DNA from: Candidatus Eiseniibacteriota bacterium
GTDB lineage: Bacteria; Eisenbacteria; RBG-16-71-46; JABDJR01
Reading direction: 5' to 3'
Length of the DNA: 64,000 nucleotides
NCBI GenBank assembly: GCA_963762255.1
Contig: CAVXKA010000001.1
Span: 1,120,001 to 1,184,000 of the forward strand
Positions 34,566 to 43,604 of this stretch are shown piece by piece. Numbering within the stretch: the stretch's first letter is position 1; the number at the start of each line of letters is the position of its first letter. The notes beneath the pieces were generated by a model. The model had not been told where the DNA came from, made no database searches, and worked only from the letters and a program-made list of their open reading frames with translations. Made by a program: the position numbers and the translations under genes.

Positions 34566-35740
34566 CGGCCTCCTCCCGAATTCATGGCCAGGTAGGCGCT
34601 GAGCCCCTGGGCACGGCCGGTGGCCGCCTCATCTCCAGGGTTTATCCGGCTCACCTCAGCCCAGGCGGTTCGCGCCGCGGCCAGGTCCCCGCGATCCTCG
34701 GCCAGGATGGCTTCGCCGGTCTTGAGCAGGAGATCCATGTAGGCCGTGTCCTTGAGGAGTGCCTTCCGCTTGTCCTCCAGATAGGGCTTCATCGACTTCT
34801 CGAGGTCCTCCTTACCTCCCGCGCTGCCCAGGAGCTTCTGCAGCCGCGGAACGAGGTGCTCCAGCAGTACCCGGCGCTCGAGCTTGAATAGATCGTCGGA
34901 GGAGCCCAACGATCCCTCCACGCCCTCGGCGAGGAGGATCTCCCCGGTGGAGGTGTCCACCCAGCGCAGGTCGAGCCGCACCTTCTTCTCATCCACCTGC
35001 ATGAGGCTACCGAAGAGAAAGGACTGCGCGCCGGTCAGCTTGCCCAGCGGGACCCGGTAACGCGGGTCGGTGATCTGCGCGTTCTGGCTCATCTGGATCT
35101 CTTCGCGGAGAACGTTCAGGCGCTGGCGATCCACCAGGGTAAGCGGCGTGGCCTCCTGCAGATCCGTGATCATGATCTGCGTGAGCCCCTTGGCGAACGC
35201 GTTCAGGTTGTACTTGCCGGTCACGATCGAGTTGTTCTCGATGTCTCCCACCGCCAGGGTCCGGATGTCGAGCCGTGAAGTCCCGATCCCGTCGGCGCCG
35301 CCGGCGAGGAGCAGGCTGTCCCGGAGCCCATAGAAGAGCGTCACCAGCGGGGGGGGCAGGACCTCGGGTCGTTCGAGTTCCGCACCGGGATCGTCGCGCA
35401 GGATCTCCAGAATGGCCGCCCTTGCTTGCGGGGCGCGCCCCGAGGCCAGGTGCACCGCAGCGAGGGCGGAGAGGACCCGGCGCCGCTCGCCGGCGGCCAC
35501 CGAGGCGTCGGCCAGGACGACCTGCCCGCACGCAATAGCCTCCGTCTGGCGTAGGTCGAAGAAGAAACTCATGGGGTCTTGCCGGAAAGAGGCCAGCGTG
35601 GTGGGGTCGGCGGGCTGTGCCGAGGCACACGGAGGCATCGCCGCCGCCGCGGTGAGGAGCGCCAGGACCGAGAGGAGGCTTATAAAGTGTCCGCGCGCCG
35701 CGGACGGGATGCGTGTCGAGGTCACAATCGTTTGGAGCAT
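34562..35740 (-). CDS. Secreted CsgG/HfaB-family protein
   Basis: Signal peptide; 'TLAVGDIEN...GLTQIMITDL...LVDRQRLNVLREE...LGKLTGAQSFLFGS...RLDLRWVDTSTGEI'. Start codon uncertain. Confidence 0.75.
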   Translation of the reverse strand: MLQTIVTSTRIPSAARGHFISLLSVLALLTAAAAMPPCASAQPADPTTLASFRQDPMSFFFDLRQTEAIACGQVVLADASVAAGERRRVLSALAAVHLASGRAPQARAAILEILRDDPGAELERPEVLPPPLVTLFYGLRDSLLLAGGADGIGTSRLDIRTLAVGDIENNSIVTGKYNLNAFAKGLTQIMITDLQEATPLTLVDRQRLNVLREEIQMSQNAQITDPRYRVPLGKLTGAQSFLFGSLMQVDEKKVRLDLRWVDTSTGEILLAEGVEGSLGSSDDLFKLERRVLLEHLVPRLQKLLGSAGGKEDLEKSMKPYLEDKRKALLKDTAYMDLLLKTGEAILAEDRGDLAAARTAWAEVSRINPGDEAATGRAQGLSAYLAMNSGGGR

Positions 35741-36029
35741 GGCTCGGATTCTCCGTCTGGGTTTAGAAGATGATGCGACGGTGAGCGCCGAGGATCTCAA
35801 CTGGAACCGAGACACTAGCACCAGAAGGTGACCTGCTCAAGCGAGCCCGCACCCCGGCATTCAGCGCCCCGGCCCCCTGCGGCAAACTTCCCACCCGTCC
35901 CACCGCGCCGCTGTACGCGGCTCATCCGCCGGTCTCCTTCCGCCGATCTCTCTCCCGAGCGGGTCCGAAACGGCTGACCGACCCGTTTCAACGCCGCCCG
36001 TTCCCGCCGGCGCCACCAGGGAGATCACC

Positions 36030-37139
36030 ATGAAGCCCGCACCGATCGCATGCACGCTCGCGCTCTTCCTCGGGGCCCTCGCCCTCGTCGCGCCTGCCGC
36101 TCGCGCCCAGGCCACCTTCGAGGATCAGGTCATGGAGATCGTGAACCAGGAGCGCTGGAACAACGGCCAGCTCGCGCCGCTCAGGCGCTGCGGTCTTCTC
36201 GACAACTCGACCGGTTTGCAAAGCGAGAACATGTCCGCGCGGGAATTCTTCGCTCACTGCGATCCGGATACGAAGACCCTGCCCTGGAATCGCATGAACG
36301 CCGCCGGCTACATGTACAACTCCGCCGCGGAGAACATCGCCGCAGGGCAGACGACGCCGAGCTCGGTCATGGCCGCCTGGATGGGGAGCAGCGGCCACCG
36401 CGCCAACATCCTCTCGACCAGCTACCGGGAGCTCGGAATCGGCTACGTCTATCAATCCGGCGACTTGGCCAACATCCGCAGCGATGCCAACGGCGACTGC
36501 ACCTCCGACACGTTCAACGGCGGTCCCTACCGGCACTACTGGACCCAGAACTTCGGCCGCCGCAACTTCGTCTATCCGGTCGTCATCAACCGCGAGGCCT
36601 ACGAGAGTTCGAGCCGCGACGTGAGCCTCTACATCTACGGCATCGGGTTCGCGGTGGACATGCGCATCCGCAACGACGCCGGGACCTGGTCCGAGTGGAT
36701 GCCCTACGTCACCGACACGAGCTGGACCTTGAGCGCCATCAACGGCGTCCGCACGGTCGAGGTCGAGATTCGTAACGGCACCACCGTGTTCAGCGCGAGC
36801 GACACCATCCTTCTCGACGCGGTCTTGACCGCGGTCCCCGGTGACGGTCTCGCCGCGATCCCGGGCCCGACGCTGCGCGCTCCGTCCCCGAACCCCACGC
36901 GCGCCGGCGCGCGCTTGAGCTTCGAGCTCCCGCGCGAGGGGGCGGTCCAGCTCGCGGTGTACGACCTCGCCGGCCGCCGCGTGCGCCTCCTGTCCGAGGG
37001 GGTACGCCCGGCGGGCGCCCACGAGATCCTCTGGGACGGCCGCAGCGACGTCGGCACGCGCCCCGCGCGAGGGATCTACTTCGTGCGACTCTCGGCGCTC
37101 GGAGAGGTCCGCACCACGAAGATCCTCTTAGGCGACTGA
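36030..37139 (+). CDS. Secreted CAP/SCP-domain protein with a C-terminal FlgD-Ig/T9SS-like sorting domain
   Basis: Signal peptide; 'VNQER', 'AAENIAAGQ', 'WMGSSGHRANIL', 'YWTQNFG'; CTD 'PNP...VYDLAGRRVR...WDGR...GIYFVRL'. Confidence 0.88.
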   Translation: MKPAPIACTLALFLGALALVAPAARAQATFEDQVMEIVNQERWNNGQLAPLRRCGLLDNSTGLQSENMSAREFFAHCDPDTKTLPWNRMNAAGYMYNSAAENIAAGQTTPSSVMAAWMGSSGHRANILSTSYRELGIGYVYQSGDLANIRSDANGDCTSDTFNGGPYRHYWTQNFGRRNFVYPVVINREAYESSSRDVSLYIYGIGFAVDMRIRNDAGTWSEWMPYVTDTSWTLSAINGVRTVEVEIRNGTTVFSASDTILLDAVLTAVPGDGLAAIPGPTLRAPSPNPTRAGARLSFELPREGAVQLAVYDLAGRRVRLLSEGVRPAGAHEILWDGRSDVGTRPARGIYFVRLSALGEVRTTKILLGD

Positions 37140-37295
37140 CGTCGGGCGCAAGCCAGAGGGGGTGGACTCGACATACCCCCCTTGCGCTATCATCCTGCCA
37201 CGGTCGCACCCCCGGCCGCATGTATCCCGTGGTCGCGTCCGCACGTGCGGGCGTGATCGTCGTTTAGTGACACCTCATGCCCCAGGAGTCTATCC

Positions 37296-37957
37296 ATGAT
37301 GACGCCATCATCCGGCGCTTTGCGCCGGGTAGGGCGGCGCGTGTTGTCTTCCGCCGCTCTGCTCGCAATCGTTTCCTTCGCTCTTGTCGCCTCTCTCGCC
37401 GCCTGCCAGGGCGGCGCGCCGCAGCAGCAGACTCAGACCCCCGCGGCGCAGCCCGCTGCCATGAGCCCGGTCGTGCAAGGCAAGCATCTCGTTACGACCA
37501 TGGGCTGCAACGACTGTCACACACCGTGGAAGATGGGGCCGAGCGGCCCGGAGCCCGACATGTCGTTGATGCTGTCGGGGCATCCGCAGGCGCTCGTCAT
37601 GCCTCCGCCGCCGAAGTTCCCCGAGGGTCCGTGGATGTGGGCGGGCTCGGGCACGATGACCGCGTTTGCGGGACCGTGGGGAGTGAGCTTCTCCGCGAAC
37701 CTCACGCCCGACACCACCACCGGTCTCGGCGCGTGGGACGAGGACGATGTTCGCCGAGACGTCTTCGAAACGGTAAGCACATGGGCACCGGGCGTCCGAT
37801 CCTGCCCCCCATGCCGTGGAGTTGGTACGGGCAGTTGACCGATGATGAGTTGAAGGCGATCTTCGCCTATCTGCGGTCGATTCCGCCCATCGAGAACCAG
37901 GTTCCCGCACCCCTCATCGCCGCAGGCCCGCCCGGCGGCGCGGGCGCGGGGAAGTAA
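37296..37957 (+). CDS. c-type cytochrome lipoprotein (cytochrome c-553-like), frameshifted near 37750
   Basis: CxxCH 'CNDCHTP', 'GPWGVSFSANLTPD..TGLGAW'; continues in another frame as 'GRPILPPMPW...DELKAIFAYL'. Confidence 0.8.
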
Positions 37958-38036
37958 CCGCCGCCGTGCCGGCGGGGCGCGTCACGTGGGTGAAGGCCCG
38001 CGTGCACGCCCGCCGCCGCGCGCGGAGGAGAGCATC

Positions 38037-38342
38037 ATGAGAGTCATCGCCGATCTGTGCGTCGTCCCCGTGGGGGTGGGCGTGTCGGTCTCGAAATACG
38101 TCGCCGCCTGCGAGAAGGTCCTTCGGGAGGCGGGTCTGAACCCGCGCCTCCACGCCTACGGCACCAACGTCGAGGGTGAGTGGGACGAGGTGTTCGCCGC
38201 CATCCGGCGCTGCCACGAGGTGGTGCATGCGATGGGCGCGCCGCGCATTTCGAGTACGCTCCGGTTCGGCACGCGCACGGATCGCGAACAATCGATGCAG
38301 GACAAGATCGAGAGCGTGGAACGCAAGCTCGGGGATCGCTGA
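38037..38342 (+). CDS. MTH1187/YkoF-like thiamine-binding family protein
   Basis: 'VIADLCVVPVG..SVSKYVA', 'HAYGTNVEGEWDEV', 'GTRTDR'; GGAGGAG RBS. Confidence 0.9.
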   Translation: MRVIADLCVVPVGVGVSVSKYVAACEKVLREAGLNPRLHAYGTNVEGEWDEVFAAIRRCHEVVHAMGAPRISSTLRFGTRTDREQSMQDKIESVERKLGDR

Positions 38343-38395
38343 AGCGACCGCGATCCCCGAGCGCCCACCTCGCTCTCGTGGAGAGGAGGCCGTTC

Positions 38396-39142
38396 GTGGC
38401 TCCCACCGTTCTGACCGTAAGCCTCGACTTCTTCGTGACCCCGCTGCCGCCGTGGGCCGGCCCCGGCGACAAGCGGCTTTCCGACGATCATTACCGCGTC
38501 TGGCCGGAGGCCGACGTGCGGCACTTCCTCGAGGACAAGTGCCGGCTGGGCACCTCGGATCCGCTTCCGGGCCGCGTCGTGGACGAGCACGACGGCCCGT
38601 TCCATGTCTGGCGCGACCTCGTGCGGCGCGGGGAGTTGGAAACGCCCTTCGATCTCGTTCAGGTGGACGCGCACACGAACCTCGGCAGCCACGACACCGG
38701 TTGGGTGTACGTTCTGGGCACGCTCATGCACCTGCCGGTGGCACGGCGCGCCGAGGCGCTCAACTCCAAACGCATCACGCCGGAGAACTACCTCCTCTTC
38801 GCCGCGGCCTGCGGGTGGCTGCGCTCGATCACGCTCGTCACGCACCCGCAGTGGGAGCCGGACGCGCTCGACATCCTGTTCAAGGAGCGGAACCCCGCCA
38901 CCGGCGAACTCGAGCTGCGGGCCTACGACCGCAACCAGCTCCACATGGCCTTCGAGATGGAGGGGATGGAGCTGCCCCCGCCGTTGCATGTGGACCCGGT
39001 GGTGCCGGTGTGGACGGTGGACGTGCGGGAGTACGCCGAGGAGCGCCCGTTCGACCACGTGATCGTGACGCGGGCGATGAGTCACACCCCGTCCGAGGCG
39101 GACAGCCTGCGCCGCCTCCCCAAGGAATACGTTCGGGATTGA
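38396..39142 (+). CDS. UPF0489 family protein
   Basis: 'SLDFFV', 'EHDG', 'VQVDAHTNL', 'ENYLLFA'; GAGGAGG RBS before GTG 38396. Confidence 0.7.
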   Translation: MAPTVLTVSLDFFVTPLPPWAGPGDKRLSDDHYRVWPEADVRHFLEDKCRLGTSDPLPGRVVDEHDGPFHVWRDLVRRGELETPFDLVQVDAHTNLGSHDTGWVYVLGTLMHLPVARRAEALNSKRITPENYLLFAAACGWLRSITLVTHPQWEPDALDILFKERNPATGELELRAYDRNQLHMAFEMEGMELPPPLHVDPVVPVWTVDVREYAEERPFDHVIVTRAMSHTPSEADSLRRLPKEYVRD

Positions 39143-39350
39143 TCCCCCGGCGACCTCCCCGTGATGAGCGTTTCGGAGGTCTTCGGCCGACCTGGATTTC
39201 GCTCGCCCCTTGGGCATTGTGATAGGCTATCGGTCCTCAGATCCTTCCTTTGAACCCCTCTCAGCCATTGTCGCCCGGTTCGCCCGTTCGCCGCGACTTC
39301 CGCGGCCGGCGTCCCGGCGGCCCTCGTTCGCACGATGAGGATTTCGTTTC

Positions 39351-40487
39351 ATGCTGCCTGAACTCCGTCCCGTTGCCCGGTCGCTCACCGTGATCCTGGT
39401 CCTGGCCCTCGTTGCCGGCTGCGGCAAGAAGAACCCGGCCCCCGGTCCGGGCGGGGCGCGCGCCGAGGCCGCCCCCGGCGCCCCCGGGCGCGGCGGCCCG
39501 CCGCCGGCACCCGCCATCCCGGTCGCGGTCGAACCCGCCCACCGCGGTCCCATCGCGAGCTACTACGCCGCCACCGCCAGCCTCGAGCCGGACAAGGCCG
39601 CGCAGATTCTCGCCCGCGTCTCCGGCATCATCACCGCGGTTCGCGCCGAAGAGGGCGACGTGGTGCGCAAGGGGGAGGAACTCCTCGTCATCGAGGACGA
39701 CCAGTATCGGTTGCGGCTGGCGCAGGCCGAGGCCGAGGCGGCCAAGCAGAAGATGAAGTTCGACCGGCTGCAGAAGATGTTCGAGGGAAGCCTCGTCTCG
39801 GCGGAAGAATTCGAATCCGGCCAGAACGACTTCAAGTCGGCCGATGCCGCGCGCGATCTCGCGCAGCTCGAGCTCTCCTACACGCACGTCACCGCGCCCA
39901 TCGGCGGGCGCGTCGTGGAGCGGCTGGTCGACCTCGGCCAGAGCGTCAACAACAACACGCCTCTCTTTTCGATCGCCGATCTGCACCGGCTGCTGGCCCG
40001 GGTGCACGTGCCGGCCAAGGAATTCGGCAAGCTGAAGCCCGACCAGCCGGTGGATCTCAGCGTCGACTCCAACGGCGCGAAGCTCCAGGGACGGATCACG
40101 CTCGTGAGCCCGGTCATCGACGCCGCCACCGGCACCATCAAGGTCACGGTGGAGGTGCCCGAGTACCCGGCCTCGGTGCGCCCCGGCGATTTCGCCCAGG
40201 TGCGCATCGTGACCGAGCGCCACCCCGAAGCGCTCCTCGTCCCCTCCATCGCCGTGATCAGCGACAAGGGCGAGCAAGTCGTGTACGTCGTCGCCGATTC
40301 CACCGCCGAGCGCCGCGTCGTCGCACTCGGCCTTCAGGACGAGGAGCACACCGAGGTCTTGAACGGGGTGCGCGACGGCGATCGCGTGGTGGTGCAGGGA
40401 CAGCGCTCGCTCAAGCATGGAGCGCCGATCAAGCTGCTCGACCGCGTGATCTTCGAGACCGCCAAGCCGGAGAGCGCGGGGGCCTGA
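39351..40487 (+). CDS. RND efflux periplasmic adaptor (MFP) lipoprotein
   Basis: Lipobox LVAGC; 'EEGDVVRKGE', 'APIGG', 'SPVIDAATGTIKV'. Confidence 0.92.
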   Translation: MLPELRPVARSLTVILVLALVAGCGKKNPAPGPGGARAEAAPGAPGRGGPPPAPAIPVAVEPAHRGPIASYYAATASLEPDKAAQILARVSGIITAVRAEEGDVVRKGEELLVIEDDQYRLRLAQAEAEAAKQKMKFDRLQKMFEGSLVSAEEFESGQNDFKSADAARDLAQLELSYTHVTAPIGGRVVERLVDLGQSVNNNTPLFSIADLHRLLARVHVPAKEFGKLKPDQPVDLSVDSNGAKLQGRITLVSPVIDAATGTIKVTVEVPEYPASVRPGDFAQVRIVTERHPEALLVPSIAVISDKGEQVVYVVADSTAERRVVALGLQDEEHTEVLNGVRDGDRVVVQGQRSLKHGAPIKLLDRVIFETAKPESAGA

Positions 40488-43400
40488 TGCGCTCTTTCAT
40501 CGCGCTCGCCGTCCGCCGCCGCGTGACGGTGCTCATGACCGCGCTGGCGGTGGTGGCCTTCGGCATCGTGGGCTACCAGCGCCTGGCCCTCGATCTGCTT
40601 CCCGACATCAGCTATCCCTCGCTCACCGTGCAGACCGACTTTCCCGACACCGCCCCCGCCGAGGTGGAGAACCTGGTCACGCGGCCCGTGGAAGAGGCGG
40701 TGGGAGTTCTCAAGGGTCTCAAGACCGTGCACTCCGTCTCCCGCTCCGGCGTCTCCGAGGTCACCCTCGAGTTCGAGTGGGGCTCGGACATGGATGTCCT
40801 CTCCATGGACGTGCGGGACAAGTTGGATCGTCTGGTGCTGCCCGCCGAGGCCGAAGATCCCATCGTGCTGCGCTTCGATCCCTCGCTCGATCCGGTCATG
40901 CGCCTCGCCCTGTCCGGTCCCTCCGACTTGACCGTGCTCCGCCAGATCGCGGACAAGCAGCTCAAACAGGAGTTCGAGACGATCAAGGGAGTGGCCGCGG
41001 CGCAGATCAAGGGCGGCCTCGAGGAAGAGATCCAGATCGACGTCGACCAGGAGCGACTGGCCGCGATGGGCGTGCCGCTCGAGCCGCGTCGGTGAGGTGG
41101 TGGGGGTCTCCAACATCAACCTTCCGGGCGGCTCGCTGCGAGGATCAGCAGAGCCAGTACCTCATCCGCACCGTGAACGAGTACGACACGGTGGAGGAGA
41201 TCGGCGAACTCATCCTCCGCCAGGACGAGACGCGGCAGCGTGCGGCTCAAGGATGTGGCCGACGTACTGCGGGGCGCCAAGGAGCGCGAGGAGATCACCC
41301 GCGTCAACGGCGTGGAGAGCGTCGAGATCGCCATCTTCAAGGAGGGCGACGCCAACACCGTCAGCACCGCGCGCTCGGTGCACGCGCGCATCGCCGAACT
41401 CGGAGAGAAGCTGCCCGCCCGACCACCGCGTCTCCGTTCTCTTCGACCAGTCCCGCTTCATCGACCAGGCGGTGAGCGAGGTGCGCAACTCCGCGCTCCT
41501 GGGCGGACTGCTCGCCATCCTCGTTCTCTTCGCTTTCCTGCGCGACCTGCGCAGCACGTTGATCATCGCGATCTCGATCCCGCTGTCGCTGGTCGCCGCA
41601 TTTCTGTTCATGTACCGGATGGACATCTCGCTCAACGTCATGTCCCTGGGCGGGCTCACGCTCGGGGTCGGCATGCTCGTCGACAACTCGATCGTCGTGC
41701 TGGAGTCCATCTTCCGAAAACGCCAGGAAGGGCTCCCGCATCGTGAAGGCCACCGTCGAGGGCACCCACGAGGTGGCCGGCGCGGTGATCGCGTCCACGC
41801 TCACCACCGTCGCCGTCTTCCTGCCCATCGTGTTCGTCGAAGGGATCGCCGGCCAGCTCTTCAAGGACCAGGCGCTCACGGTGACCTTGAGCCTGCTCGC
41901 GTCCCTGGTCGTGGCGATCACCATGATCCCGATGCTGGCCGCGCTCGGCCGTCAGAAGAGCGCCGACAAGCTCTCCATGCCCGATTTCGAGCAATCGCCG
42001 CAGACCCTCGGCGCGTTCTCGCGAGCCTACGACCGAATCGTGCGTGCCGCGCTGCGGCGCAAATGGGCCACGATCGCGATCGCTTTCGGCATCTTCGCCG
42101 CATCTCTCGCCGGGGTCCGTCTGCTCGGCACCCAGCTCATCCCCCAGATCAGCGAGGGCGAGTTCTTCTTCGAGGTGAACATGCCCGAGGGCACGCCGCT
42201 CACCGCCACCGACCAGGTCATGAAGACCATGGAGACGGCTGCCGCAGCGGAGCCCGGCGTGGAAACCGTCTTCAGCACCGTCGGGAGCCGCCTCGTCGCC
42301 GGAGGGCATGTCGCTCAACACCAAGGCCGAGAACCTGGGGCAGGTCAACGTGGTCATGAAGAACCGCTCCGACGCCGCCGGGCGAGCTGGCCGCCACGGA
42401 CCGCCTCCGGGGGCGCTTCGAAGGCGTTCCCGACCTCGAGGTGAAGATCGGGAAGCCCACCTACTTCAGCCTCAAGACCCCGGTCGAGGTCGTGCTCTAC
42501 GGGGAGAGCCTTGAAGAGCTGCGCGACTATTCGCTCGAGCTGGCACAGGATCTCGAACGCGTGCCCGGGCTGGTCGACGTGCGGTCCTCGCTCGAGGCCG
42601 GCAAGCCCCGAGCTGCAGATCGTCTTCGACCGTGCGCGACTGGCCACGCTCGGCCTCGACATGCGCACGCTCTCCGAGACGCTGCGCGACCGCGTGCAGG
42701 GGACGGTGCCCACGCGGTTCAAGGAAGAAGATCGTCAGATCGACATCCGCGTGCGCAACCAGGATTCCGACCGCGCCACCGCCCAGGACGTGCGCAATCT
42801 CGTGCTTCCCGGGCCGAACGGCGAGCCGATCCGGCTCACCACCGTCGCCGACGTACGTGTGGGGCGAGGCCCCGCCGAGATCCATCGCTTGCAGCAGCAG
42901 CGCGCCGCGATCGTCAGCGCGAACGTCGAAGACCGAAGCCTGGGCGCGGTGATGGGCGACATTCGCGAGACCCTGCGGAACGATCCGCCCCCCGGCGGGC
43001 ATCTCCGCGGAGCTCGGCGGCCAGGACGAGGAGATGCGGGTCTCCTATCGCCAGCCTGCGTTTCGCCATCGCGCTCGCGATCTTCCTCGTCTATCTCGTC
43101 ATGGCCGCGACCTTCGAGTCGTTCGTCCATCCCTTCGTCGTCATGTTCACCATCCCGCTCGCGCTGGTGGGCGTGGTCCTCGGGCTTCTCGTCACCGGCA
43201 CCGAGATCAGCGTGATCGTGCTCATCGGCGCGGTGATGCTGGTGGGGATCGTCGTCAACAACGCGATCGTTCTCGTCGACAAGGTGAACCAGCTTCGCCG
43301 CGCAGGGCGTCGCCAAGGAAGAGGCTCTGGTGCTCGCGGGGCACATCCGGCTTCGTCCGATCCTCATGACGACGCTCACCACCGTGCTGGGGCTCGTGCC

Positions 43401-43604
43401 GATGGCGCTCTCCTTGGGCGAGGGCTCGGAGCTGCGCTCGCCGCTGGCCATCACGGTGGCGTTCGGGCTCGCTCGAGCACGCTCCTCACGCTGGTGGTCA
43501 TCCCGGCCGTGTACATGGCGGTACCCTCGCACGTCGCGGTCGAAGAGCCGGAGCCGCTGGCCCTTCCCGCGCGCGGCGCCGCCGCGGAGGGCCCGGCGTC
43601 ATGA
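40487..43604 (+). CDS. RND efflux permease (AcrB family) 1, with many frameshifts
   Basis: 'DLLPDISYP', 'LNVMSLGGLTLGVGMLVDNSIVVLE', 'GIVVNNAIVLVD', 'RLRPILMTTLTT' spread over several frames; about 3.1 kb. Confidence 0.9.

Noticed and set aside
31786-35740. Curli biogenesis operon
   Set aside because: Only CsgG-like domains are present; no curlin repeats, CsgE or CsgF.
37157-37182. G-tract/C-tract inverted repeat after the CAP gene
   Set aside because: Short imperfect stem without a U-tract. It cannot be assigned as a terminator or operator.
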